From assembly GCA_041391825.1 (NCBI GenBank), contig JAWKNF010000008.1, positions 36,943 to 100,942 on the forward strand: a stretch of 64,000 nt of DNA. The letters are read 5' to 3'. The translations under genes were made by a program, and so were the position numbers. The notes beneath the pieces were generated by a model. The model was not told the DNA's origin. It was given only the letters and a program-made list of their open reading frames with translations, and made no database searches. Of this stretch, positions 10,566 to 19,635 are shown one piece after another (positions within the stretch are counted from its first letter, which is position 1; each line of letters opens with the position of its first letter). The stretch is from Flavobacteriales bacterium. GTDB taxonomy: Bacteria > Bacteroidota > Bacteroidia > Flavobacteriales_F > PHOS-HE28.

Positions 10566-11302
10566 GGGGCCAGTTCCTTGTCGATCATTTCAATAACCTT
10601 TTCCGCCTGCCGGATACTGATCTCGAACTGCCTTTTGAACCAACCTTCGAGCTTCTGTTTCCGATGTGTGATCAGGTTCCTCAAGTGCTGGTCCCCGATC
10701 AGGCGTTCCGGGTCAACGGGTACGGCGGATCTGAAGAAATCGTATTCCTTCATTTCCTTTAAGTAGTAGTCTCCGAAAGTTTGATGGTCGAACTGGTATT
10801 CTGTGTCCATATACCCCTGCATGTAGTGATAGCGTCCTTCATACAGGTCGCTTAACGCGGCTCTGAGCGTGTCATTGGAGATCAGGTCGATGCCCGTTGC
10901 TTTCAGGTTCTCGTAGGCGGCTTTGTTCGGCGTGAAAACGCCCTGGGCAGGGACATTCCCGAAATGCACGTTCAAGGAGTCGTGATAGGGGATGGCACCG
11001 TCGATGAAGTCGATAAGGATGGCAGCGGAACGAGAAACGATGCCATAGATGCGCATGTCCTCCTTGAAGTCCTTGATGTCCACAAGGAGGTTGGTCCTTA
11101 GTTCCTTGAGCGTCGCTTCTTCCAGGCGCGCTCTTTTCCGGCTGTCGTTCCAGTTGTTCACCTGCAAGGCGAGCAGGATGCCGACCATCACCAGCACGAT
11201 CTCGCCGATGGCATACGCGAGGTACCGCGTGATGCGGCCCTGGGCCAGCAGGTTTTGGCGGATGGTGCGGAAGAACCTGATCATGGTGTTTGCGTTCGCC
11301 AA
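10562..11302 (-). CDS. DUF6090-like single-pass membrane protein, paralog 5. The true start is probably MIRFF at 11284.
   Basis: MANANTMIRFFRTIRQNLLAQGRITRYLAYAIGEIVLVMVGILLALQVNNWN. Confidence 0.7.
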   Translation of the reverse strand: MANANTMIRFFRTIRQNLLAQGRITRYLAYAIGEIVLVMVGILLALQVNNWNDSRKRARLEEATLKELRTNLLVDIKDFKEDMRIYGIVSRSAAILIDFIDGAIPYHDSLNVHFGNVPAQGVFTPNKAAYENLKATGIDLISNDTLRAALSDLYEGRYHYMQGYMDTEYQFDHQTFGDYYLKEMKEYDFFRSAVPVDPERLIGDQHLRNLITHRKQKLEGWFKRQFEISIRQAEKVIEMIDKELAP

Positions 11303-11317
11303 GATGGCAAAGAGAAA

Positions 11318-11352
11318 GGGAGGTCGAACATGAACCTCCCTTTCTTTTCATA
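11318..11352. terminator. Perfect 12-bp-stem hairpin (AGAAAGGGAGGT-N10-ACCTCCCTTTCT) with a flanking T-run. Candidate intrinsic terminator separating the lipoprotein gene from the DUF6090 array.
   Basis: Inverted repeat read directly from the sequence. TTTTCAT lies on the + side and only a weak U tract on the - side. Confidence 0.4.
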
Positions 11353-11378
11353 GGACGTCGGTCCTTGGCCACTCGACC

Positions 11379-11945
11379 TTACTTCTTCACCGCTGGAGCT
11401 GCAGGGGGGGTGGTGCCCAATTGATGGAACACGGAGAGGCGGTCAAAGTAGGTATAGCTCTTGGTGATCTTGCCGCCCTCGACGCGTGCATCGTAGAAGA
11501 AGGGCACCCTGTAAGGCTTGCCGGTGGCGTTGTCGGTCGCTGAGTAGGTGCCCCAGTAGTGTACCCAATCGCCAGCGTATTCGTTGCCATCCGCCACGGT
11601 GACACATTCGGCGAATACTCTCTCCATCCGCTGGTCACTGCGGGTGCTGTCGTTCTTCATCCAGCCTTCGATGACCCCTTCCACATCCGAGGAATCCGGT
11701 GGCGTGAACGTGTTGTTGGCGTAGTATCCCGGGGCCACGGCAGCGCGGATGGAAGCCTCATCGGCCTTGATCAGTGCATTCAAGTACGATTCCACCACAG
11801 CTATGTTCGCATCGGCCTCCTCGGGAATGGAGGATAGCGGATGTTCATAGTGTTCGGGAACAGGTGGGCAAGGCTCGGGTGCTGCACAAGAGAAAAGCAG
11901 CAGACCAGGGAGTGCTATCGCAAGTACTTTCTTCGTGGTGTTCAT
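11379..11945 (-). CDS. Lipoprotein with a SnoaL-like/NTF2-like domain.
   Basis: Signal peptide MNTTKKVLAIALPGLLLFSC (lipobox Cys). The rest of the protein has a SnoaL/ester-cyclase-like fold signature. Confidence 0.6.
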   Translation of the reverse strand: MNTTKKVLAIALPGLLLFSCAAPEPCPPVPEHYEHPLSSIPEEADANIAVVESYLNALIKADEASIRAAVAPGYYANNTFTPPDSSDVEGVIEGWMKNDSTRSDQRMERVFAECVTVADGNEYAGDWVHYWGTYSATDNATGKPYRVPFFYDARVEGGKITKSYTYFDRLSVFHQLGTTPPAAPAVKK

Positions 11946-12061
11946 GTGGTGGGGTTTTGGTTCGGATCAGGGTTCGGTCCAAAGGTGTTCCTTCAGGAGG
12001 ATCCGTCACCTCGTAGAAATACCGGTTTTCGGATCTGTATGGATCCGCCTACCTTCGAAAA

Positions 12062-12505
12062 ATGAACTGGACGAAAGTGTTAGGGTATGCTGAACAAGGA
12101 AATCCGGCGCCGGATGAACGGGTCGAACGGACAAAGGAGGAGTGGCGTTCCTTCTTGTCGGCAGAAGCTTACCGCGTGACCCGCGAGCACGGCACGGAGC
12201 GGGCATTCAGTTCGCAAATGTGCTCGCTTTTCGAACCGGGCGAGTATGCTTGTGTATGCTGCGGGACCACCCTGTTCGACGCTGCAACGAAGTTCGAGAG
12301 CGGTACCGGGTGGCCATCATTCACACTTCCCATCAAGGAGAACGTGGTCGCCTATAAGAAGGACGGTAGTTATGGCATGGTCCGTATCGAGGCCTTATGC
12401 AATACCTGCGATGCTCATTTGGGGCATGTGTTCCCTGATGGCCCCGCACCGAGCGGATTACGCTATTGCATGAACGCGGTGTCCTTGAAGAAGGCTGACG
12501 GGTGA
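12062..12505 (+). CDS. msrB: Peptide-methionine (R)-S-oxide reductase MsrB.
   Basis: Two CxxC pairs (CVCCG and CNTC), GTGWPSF and RYCMNAVSL, the SelR hallmark motifs. Confidence 0.85.
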   Translation: MNWTKVLGYAEQGNPAPDERVERTKEEWRSFLSAEAYRVTREHGTERAFSSQMCSLFEPGEYACVCCGTTLFDAATKFESGTGWPSFTLPIKENVVAYKKDGSYGMVRIEALCNTCDAHLGHVFPDGPAPSGLRYCMNAVSLKKADG

Positions 12506-12547
12506 TCGTGATATGCGCTGCTGGGGAAGGGTGAAGGCCGGTCCTGT

Positions 12548-13963
12548 TCAGCGTGTCAGTGCCTTCAGCATGCCGCTGAACACCATCCCGTGGAAGGGAT
12601 ATACGGCATACCAATAGATCCTGCCGCTGAGGCCCTTTGGTCGAAAGGTCGCCGTTTGCTGCAATCGGTCATCGACGAGCTTGAATTCGAGCCAAGCCTC
12701 TCCGGGTAGTTTCATTTCAGCGAAAAGGAGCAAGCGACCCTCTTCCTTGTTCGCGTACAGAACGCGCCAGAAGTCCACCGCGTCGCCCACATCCAGTCGG
12801 TCGTCATGTGTGCGCCCACGCCGCAGACCCACACCACCCATCAACTTGTCCATGAAACCTCTTATGCGCCAGAGCCAAGTGGCACTGTACCAACCGGTAT
12901 TGCCACCGATCCGCCAGATGCGCTCGATACACTGCGCACGATCCTTGAAGGTTCGAGATCGTTGGTCCACAAAGCAGCCGAAGCGTGGCACCTCGATGAA
13001 TTCCGATACCTCCGATTCGAATCGACCGCTGATCCGCGAATCCTTCCAACTGGAGATCACAGCGTTGCTCTCCACCTTCTGCAAGGTCCTGTGGAGCGCT
13101 TCTTCATATCCGATGGGGGTGATGTTCAGCAGTTCGGCCAGTGCATGATCACGACAGACCACCTCGATCTTCATGCTGTCCACCAGCGATGAGGCAAGCT
13201 TGTAGGAGGTGGAGGTGATGAAGTAGAGCCAATAGGAGGAAAGCTTCGGTGTCATCACCGGGACCACACCGATCCACCGTTTCAGCCCTCGGACCTTGGC
13301 GAAACCGAGCAACATCTCCTTGTACGAGAGAACGTCCGGTCCACCGATGTCGAAGCTTCTACCATAGGTTTCTGCACGCAGTAACGAGTGTCGGAGGAAG
13401 CGGACCACATCGGCGATCCCGATCGGTTGGCAAAGTGTATCGAGCCATCGGGGGGCGATCATGACAGGAAGCTTCTCGACCAGATCGCGAATGATCTCGA
13501 AAGAGGCGCTGCCGGAACCAATGATGATGCCCGCCCGCAAGGTGGTCAGCGGATGGTCGCCCAAGGCCAATTCGGTTTCCACATCCTTTCTCGAGGCAAG
13601 GTGTTCGCTCAATCCTTGCTCATTGACAATGCCGCTCAGGTAGATGACCTGCTGCAGTCCTCTTCCTTGCATCGCCTTCCGGAAGTTCCGTGCGCACCGC
13701 AGTTCCATTTCCCTGAAATCCTCCGATGCGGACATCGAGTGGATGAGGTAATAGGCCGCATCGATCCTCGCGGGAAGTTCACCAAGCGTTCGCTCGTCAA
13801 GAAAGTCCGCTTCAACGACCTCTAAGCTCGTACGAAGTGCTTCCGGTGGATGGAATCGATCCCGATTGCGCACACAGCAGACCACTGTATGCCCATCCTG
13901 GACCAATGCGGGCAGAAGACGTTGGGCGATGTATCCGGTGGCACCGGTCAGGAGGATCCGCAT
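12548..13963 (-). CDS. NAD(P)-binding atypical SDR/NmrA-like oxidoreductase fused to a DUF2867 domain.
   Basis: MRILLTGATGYIAQRLL Rossmann motif; C-terminal DUF2867-like tail ...YWYAVYPFHGMVFSGMLKAL. Confidence 0.7.
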   Translation of the reverse strand: MRILLTGATGYIAQRLLPALVQDGHTVVCCVRNRDRFHPPEALRTSLEVVEADFLDERTLGELPARIDAAYYLIHSMSASEDFREMELRCARNFRKAMQGRGLQQVIYLSGIVNEQGLSEHLASRKDVETELALGDHPLTTLRAGIIIGSGSASFEIIRDLVEKLPVMIAPRWLDTLCQPIGIADVVRFLRHSLLRAETYGRSFDIGGPDVLSYKEMLLGFAKVRGLKRWIGVVPVMTPKLSSYWLYFITSTSYKLASSLVDSMKIEVVCRDHALAELLNITPIGYEEALHRTLQKVESNAVISSWKDSRISGRFESEVSEFIEVPRFGCFVDQRSRTFKDRAQCIERIWRIGGNTGWYSATWLWRIRGFMDKLMGGVGLRRGRTHDDRLDVGDAVDFWRVLYANKEEGRLLLFAEMKLPGEAWLEFKLVDDRLQQTATFRPKGLSGRIYWYAVYPFHGMVFSGMLKALTR

Positions 13964-14049
13964 CTACTATCGTTCAATGGTCGGGCCGGGGTGATGGGTT
14001 CATGCCAGGATCGCACCCTCGGCATGGTCACCGAATACCTTGGCCAGAC

Positions 14050-14565
14050 CTAGTTGATGGCGATGCCCCACCAACCAACACAGCCAGGCATCGGCCTCGT
14101 GTCGGTCCTTGGGTGTTGGAGGAGGAGTTGGAACATACCTGCCATCAAACGTAGGTGATGCTGTGGGATGGACCGCCTGCCGGGTATCTTCAGATAATCC
14201 CATTCGATCCGCACCAATGCGGATGGATAGGCTTCGAACACTTCGATGCCAGACGATCGCCATTGCGACGCCGCCTGTATGGCACGTGCCGTAAGACCTC
14301 CAAGGAACATGGGGCTCATGCCGCCTGTTTCGCGGTCAGCACGTCTGAAGAAATGGTCGTTTCCCTTGCCGTAGTAGGCTGCCGGAAGCGTCAATGGCGC
14401 ATCCATGTAAATGGCTGCAGGTCCGATCCCCTTCACCCGTTCCATCATCCAGCTATCCGACTCTTGACCTTTCATGGACCGCTCGAAGCGGAACAGACCA
14501 CGATCACGGTAGCAGATGACCGTGGTACCTGCATACTGTGCGCCGTAGTCGATCCCGATGAACAT
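14050..14565 (-). CDS. Hypothetical protein, possibly an RNase H-like fold (DUF429-like).
   Basis: Internal start MFIGIDYGAQYAGTTVICY... The upstream extension of the ORF is not protein-like. Confidence 0.4.
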   Translation of the reverse strand: MFIGIDYGAQYAGTTVICYRDRGLFRFERSMKGQESDSWMMERVKGIGPAAIYMDAPLTLPAAYYGKGNDHFFRRADRETGGMSPMFLGGLTARAIQAASQWRSSGIEVFEAYPSALVRIEWDYLKIPGRRSIPQHHLRLMAGMFQLLLQHPRTDTRPMPGCVGWWGIAIN

Positions 14566-14651
14566 CACGCTCAGAACACCCCGCTTTGCGGAAGGTTCAT
14601 CGGGCCGTGCAGTTGTGCGAACAGGATGGCATGGGCGGCTGTTCAAGTTCC

Positions 14652-15343
14652 ATGAAACAAGCACCAGTTCTGATCATCGGCGCCACACGAGGCATTGGCC
14701 GTGCGATCGCCCAAGGTCTGATCGCAGATGGTCATGATGTGGTCTCTGCCAGCAGGGGAGTACAGGCACCGGAAGGGGTCCTGAAGCACATTCAATTCGA
14801 CTCCGTGGGCGCTGAATTGGACGTAAGTCTGCTGCCTGACGCGCTAGCAGGCTTGGTGTACTGTCCAGGAAGTATCGACCTCAAGCCGCTGCGATCGGTC
14901 CGTGCAGAGGAGGTACGGGATGCCTTCGACCTCAACGTGGTCGGAGCGCTGAACGTTGTTCGGGCGTGCGCCGATCGACTGAAACGGAGCCCGGGCTCCG
15001 GCATCGTGTTGTTCAGTACCGTGGCGGTCCAGCGTGGCTTGCCTTTCCATACGGGAGTGGCCGCCGTGAAAGGTGCAGTAGAAGGCATGGCACGGGCGAT
15101 GGCCGCAGAATTCGCCCCCACGGTCCGGGTGAATTGCATCGCGCCGGGGCTCACCCGCACGACACTTGCGGAAAAGCTGTTGAACACACCGGAGAAGGAA
15201 AAGGCTGCTGGCGACAGGCATCCGATGAAGCGCGTGGGTGAGCCGGAGGATGTCGCTGCCATGGCGCGGTTCCTGCTTTCCCCACAAGCTTCGTGGATCA
15301 CGGGCAGGTCATCGGAGTGGATGGAGGCATGAGCGCCATCTGA
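14652..15343 (+). CDS. Short-chain dehydrogenase/reductase (SDR) family oxidoreductase with a single-base frameshift near the 3' end (about 15300).
   Basis: MKQAPVLIIGATRGIGRAIA (TGxxxGIG). After ...SWITG the canonical C-terminus QVIGVDGGMSAI-stop is in the other frame. This is consistent with a one-base deletion in ACCGGG. Confidence 0.75.
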
Positions 15344-15423
15344 GCGCTCGCTCACCCGCTTGGACCGTTAGTGTCCGGACCACCTTCACATGGATACCTT
15401 ACCTTCAGTGCAAAGAACCGATC

Positions 15424-15642
15424 ATGAACGACACGAATGGTTCCAATGATCCGCTGAGCCCGGTCTACCAGCACGATCCAGGAAGAGTGCGGCCGGTGAA
15501 ACGCATCGGCAGCTTGGGTTCCAAACAGAACCTCGCTGTGCTGATCGTCATCGCCGCAGTGCTTCTAGCGCTCTTTGCCTTGGTGGGAGGAAGCGAAGAA
15601 GAACAGGTACCTGCAGAGCCGGTTCCGACCGAGGTCCAGTAG
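15424..15642 (+). CDS. Small membrane protein (72 aa, one TM helix).
   Basis: MNDTNGSNDP...NLAVLIVIAAVLLALFALVGG... starting at the internal ATG. Confidence 0.35.
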   Translation: MNDTNGSNDPLSPVYQHDPGRVRPVKRIGSLGSKQNLAVLIVIAAVLLALFALVGGSEEEQVPAEPVPTEVQ

Positions 15643-15648
15643 TGACTA

Positions 15649-16194
15649 TCACCGTAGTGCGATGTGCAGCTCCTCGGGGGTGATGCGCCACGCACCGTAG
15701 TGCTGGATCGTATGGGGTTCAACAGCACTGCAACGTTCGAATATCTTGACCAGAACAGCTAAGGTGTCAGGCATATGGATGTGCTCGATGGAGGTCCCTT
15801 GTTCGAAGTTGCAGGAGATGGAACGCGGTGCTCCCTGCTCCGCCGCGTGGTAGGCGCTGATCACTTGCGAACGTATTGCTTCGTTGCTGTCCTCGAGCTT
15901 GCGTTGGGGGATGTAGAGCGTGACGGTGGTCAAACCATCCTTGGTGTGGGTGAATTCGGAACATCCCTCAGGTTCAGGGACAATAGGATCCGATGATGGG
16001 GTCGATGTTGGGCGCATCACATCGATCCGGTCGATATCCTGCTCTCCGAAAGGATCCTGCATCGAGGGGTGCGGTTCCGGGGGAAGAGCGACCGTTGGAG
16101 TTTCCGCTACCACGCTCTGCACCCGATCACCTCGTTCATCTGTGCATGCCAACAGGAGCAAGAACAAGAAGGGTATTGCACGTGAGTTGCTCAT
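15649..16194 (-). CDS. Lipoprotein, hypothetical.
   Basis: MSNSRAIPFLFLLLLACTDE signal peptide with lipobox Cys. Confidence 0.5.
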   Translation of the reverse strand: MSNSRAIPFLFLLLLACTDERGDRVQSVVAETPTVALPPEPHPSMQDPFGEQDIDRIDVMRPTSTPSSDPIVPEPEGCSEFTHTKDGLTTVTLYIPQRKLEDSNEAIRSQVISAYHAAEQGAPRSISCNFEQGTSIEHIHMPDTLAVLVKIFERCSAVEPHTIQHYGAWRITPEELHIALR

Positions 16195-16333
16195 TGGAGC
16201 GGTCTGCAAGGCAAAAGAGCAGATCCCGCGCCAGATCGTTCGATCGGCGGTGATGGTGGGTGACTGGTGCCGGGCCTCGTTCGCTCGTGAAGGACATTCG
16301 CGTGCGATCGTTGATGGGGCTTAGGTTTACCCC

Positions 16334-17551
16334 GTGATCTCGGCGACCCGGGCATACCGCTACTACCTGGACTCCTTCAACGGCCTCAGCCGAGAGGTAT
16401 GGATCCTCGCGGGCATCACCTTCGTGAACAGGGCGGGAACGATGGTGATCCCCTTCCTCTCGCTCTACCTCACGATGGACATGGGTTTGAGCCTTCAGCA
16501 GGTAGGTTGGGTCATGAGCTCGTTCGGCGCGGGTTCCGTGCTTGGTTCATGGTTGGGCGGACGGTTGAGCGACAAGCTCGGGTTCTACGATGTGATGATC
16601 GGTGCGCTGCTCACCTCGGGATCGGCCTTCATCCTTCTGCAGTTCGTGCACGGCTTCCTTCCGTTCTGCGCGGGCGTTTTCGTGCTCATGCTGCTGTCCG
16701 ATGCCTTCCGACCGGCCATCTTTGTGGCGATCAGGGCCTATGCCAAACCGGAGAACCGCACGCGCGCGATCACCTTGATCCGTTTGGCGATCAACTTGGG
16801 CTTCAGCCTCGGTCCGGCCATCGGCGGTCTCATCATCGCCACGTGGAGTTATAGCGGCTTGTTCTGGGTGGACGGTCTTACCTGCTTCATTGCCGTTCTC
16901 TTGTTGATCCGCGGTCTGCCACGCAAGAAAGCGCGATCGGACGGCGACGCGGCACGGACCGATGCCAAGCGCTCCCCATACCGCGATGGTCCGTTCCTTT
17001 TCTTCCTGCTCACCACCGTGCTGATCACCATCCCTTTTCTGCAGTACTTCAGCACGATGCCGCTGTTCTACAACGAGGTCCACGGACTCAGCGAATTTCA
17101 GATCGGTGTGCTCTTGGGTATGAACGGGCTGCTGATCTTCTTGGTGGAGATGCCCTTGATCAAGTTCTGTGAGGACCGGGCCATCGACCGGTTCCGGATC
17201 CTTCGCTTCAGTGTGTTGCTCTTCGTGTTCAGTTTCGTGGTGCTGAACGTCTTTCCGACGATCGCCTTCCTCTGGATCGGCATGGTGCTGATGACCGTGG
17301 GAGAAATGCTCAATTTCCCGTTCATGAACCGTTTCGCCTACGATCGTTCCGACCACGGGCCACCCGGTGCGTACATGGCACTGTTCACCATTTCGTGGAG
17401 CGTTGCACACATCATCGGTCACACCTTGGGGCTGAACCTCGTGGCGCAATTCGGATTCGAGCTTACGTGGTGGTTGTTCGGGGGAATGCTCGTAGTGGCG
17501 ATCGGCATGCTGTTCCTTTTGGAACGCTTGGTAGGCCTCGAGGGTCCATAG
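16334..17551 (+). CDS. MFS transporter.
   Basis: Twelve predicted TM helices and a GxLxDKxG-like motif (GGRLSDKLG). Confidence 0.75.
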   Translation: MISATRAYRYYLDSFNGLSREVWILAGITFVNRAGTMVIPFLSLYLTMDMGLSLQQVGWVMSSFGAGSVLGSWLGGRLSDKLGFYDVMIGALLTSGSAFILLQFVHGFLPFCAGVFVLMLLSDAFRPAIFVAIRAYAKPENRTRAITLIRLAINLGFSLGPAIGGLIIATWSYSGLFWVDGLTCFIAVLLLIRGLPRKKARSDGDAARTDAKRSPYRDGPFLFFLLTTVLITIPFLQYFSTMPLFYNEVHGLSEFQIGVLLGMNGLLIFLVEMPLIKFCEDRAIDRFRILRFSVLLFVFSFVVLNVFPTIAFLWIGMVLMTVGEMLNFPFMNRFAYDRSDHGPPGAYMALFTISWSVAHIIGHTLGLNLVAQFGFELTWWLFGGMLVVAIGMLFLLERLVGLEGP

Positions 17552-17647
17552 CTGCGGTTCAAGGCTCCGACCTGTTCTCGACGATCGACGCTCAGCCAGC
17601 ATTGACCAAAGGTTGAAACCCTATTGCTGAATGCGCGTTCAAGGCCC

Positions 17648-19432
17648 ATGAAAATTGCGGCCGCTTCCTCGTGGATGTTCGCTATTGCCTTCCTGTTGTC
17701 AGCTTCGGCCGGGATGGGCCAGACCATTGGTCCCCGCAATCCGGGCACCACAGGGAACAACTCCGGTGTTGGTGCCACGAATTGGGCCAGCACCGGTAAC
17801 AGCATTTCCAGCGACAATAACTATTCGACGGTTTCGACCAAGGGCATCACCCGCTACTTGACCACCACCAATTATGGGTTCGCAATACCAACTCCTTCCG
17901 GTATCGCCGGGATCCAATTGGAAGTGGAGCGTAGCACCAATGCTCCAACGGCCGTGGCGCTGTTGAATGGTTGGAGCACAGGGACCACCAAGACCATTTC
18001 CGCTGGGACCGATCGTTGCCTGATCGTCACATACGTTCAGGAGAACGGCATCAATACGCGCGACATCACCGCGATGACGTACGGGGGACGGGCCATGACG
18101 CAAATAGCTGAACAAACAGCGGGCACAACTGGAGGGTTTTCGGCCCGTTTGGAAGTTTGGATGTTGCTCGAGGCGGATCTGTCCTTGGCCTCGTCCACCG
18201 CGATCGTTCCCACCTTCGGCTCGTATACGGCCTTGGAATACTGTGAGGCCTTCAGCTCTGCGGTCTTCCAGAACGTGGACCAGACCCAGCCCGTCGGGAG
18301 CGCGATCAGCACGGGCGCTTCGAACCCACCCAGCTCGGCCAATCCCCACCAATTGGGGACTCCGATCACGACCTTGGCAGGAAGCATGGCGATCAGTGTT
18401 GTCACCGAAGGGAACAATACCACACCGGCTATCACCGACGGAGGAACGAATACCTATACGATCAATTCAGGTTACACGGAAGGCACCGACCTCTATTTTG
18501 CCAATACCTCGGTAGCGCCGACTTCCGGCGCCTGTTTTCAGACCGCGCACAAGGCGATCGCCTCGAACGGTACCGAGCAGCCGAGCTGCACCTTCAATGG
18601 TAGTGTGAATCGGTGGGCGATGATCGCGTTCACGTTGCAACGATCGAACGAATTCGATCATCGTGTGCAATTGATAAAGGGAGGTGTGATCGGTGGTCTC
18701 GACCTATCGAATACCTCGCCTTGGCCAACAACGGATACCTACGCGACCTATGGTGGTCCGCTGGAGTTGTGGGGACGGAGTTGGACCACGGCGGAAATCA
18801 ATGCGAGCAATTTCGGGGCAGCGCTAGCAGCAAAAGTTGCGAACGGCACCGCCCGGGTGGACCACATGCGGGTCACGGTGTACTACTACAGCACCTTGCC
18901 AGTTGAGTTGCTTTACTTCCATGCAGAAGCGGATGGCCCTTCGGTCCGCTTGGAATGGGCGACGGCTACCGAGCGTGAGAATGATCACTTCATTGTTCAG
19001 CGGAGCAGTGATGGGTTCGTCTTTGAAGATGTGGCACGGATCCCGGGTGCGGGCGACTCGAATGTTGCACGTTTCTATTCGATCCACGACCCAAGACCGA
19101 ACATGGGCATCAGCTACTATCGATTGGTGCAGGTCGACAATGATGGGACGACCGATGAAAGCGCGATGGTACCTGTGGATATGATGAGTGCTGAACTTTT
19201 CATCTATCCGAACCCCGCGGAAGAGGTGCTTACGATCCGCGACCCTGAGGCACGTGCGGTCGAGGTCGGTGTCCATGATGGATCCATGCGCTTGGTGCGA
19301 TCCGCGAACATCCGATCGGAGGAGCCCATCCTCCTATTGAGTGGGCTTCCTGATGGCACGTACACATTATTGCTGCGCGCTGGTGATGATACTCAGGTTT
19401 CGCGCTTGGTCAAGGTATCGCGATCCAATTAG
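17648..19432 (+). CDS. Large secreted protein with a T9SS C-terminal sorting domain.
   Basis: Signal peptide MKIAAASSWMFAIAFLLSASA. An ELLYFHAEADGPSVRLEWATATERENDHFIVQRS domain is present. The CTD reads ELFIYPNPAEEVLTIRDP...GTYTLLLRAGDDTQVSRLVKV. Confidence 0.75.
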   Translation: MKIAAASSWMFAIAFLLSASAGMGQTIGPRNPGTTGNNSGVGATNWASTGNSISSDNNYSTVSTKGITRYLTTTNYGFAIPTPSGIAGIQLEVERSTNAPTAVALLNGWSTGTTKTISAGTDRCLIVTYVQENGINTRDITAMTYGGRAMTQIAEQTAGTTGGFSARLEVWMLLEADLSLASSTAIVPTFGSYTALEYCEAFSSAVFQNVDQTQPVGSAISTGASNPPSSANPHQLGTPITTLAGSMAISVVTEGNNTTPAITDGGTNTYTINSGYTEGTDLYFANTSVAPTSGACFQTAHKAIASNGTEQPSCTFNGSVNRWAMIAFTLQRSNEFDHRVQLIKGGVIGGLDLSNTSPWPTTDTYATYGGPLELWGRSWTTAEINASNFGAALAAKVANGTARVDHMRVTVYYYSTLPVELLYFHAEADGPSVRLEWATATERENDHFIVQRSSDGFVFEDVARIPGAGDSNVARFYSIHDPRPNMGISYYRLVQVDNDGTTDESAMVPVDMMSAELFIYPNPAEEVLTIRDPEARAVEVGVHDGSMRLVRSANIRSEEPILLLSGLPDGTYTLLLRAGDDTQVSRLVKVSRSN

Positions 19433-19635
19433 TTCGATCCGTTCAGGATCGCAAAGTTGTCAGATCCGGGGCCCGAGAAGACCTTCATTGCCTCTCGAAT
19501 GCCTTGTTCTCATACCGAAACGAGCTTTCGGCCCCCTGTGGATCGCTCCGTGCGGTATGATCAAGATCCGCAAGACGCTGCTGATCTCGGCATTGGTCCG
19601 GATCGAGCTTCCCATCTCTCGGGCATCGAGGATCA

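Noticed and set aside
9921-10766. 281-aa plus-strand ORF spanning two DUF6090 genes.
   Set aside because: Antisense to the conserved paralog array. The recurring TTSTISPMAYARYRV peptides in plus-strand ORFs are just the reverse reading of the conserved anchor.
16547-17602. 351-aa minus-strand ORF rich in H/E/Q/R/D.
   Set aside because: Antisense to the MFS transporter gene. No motifs; composition not protein-like.
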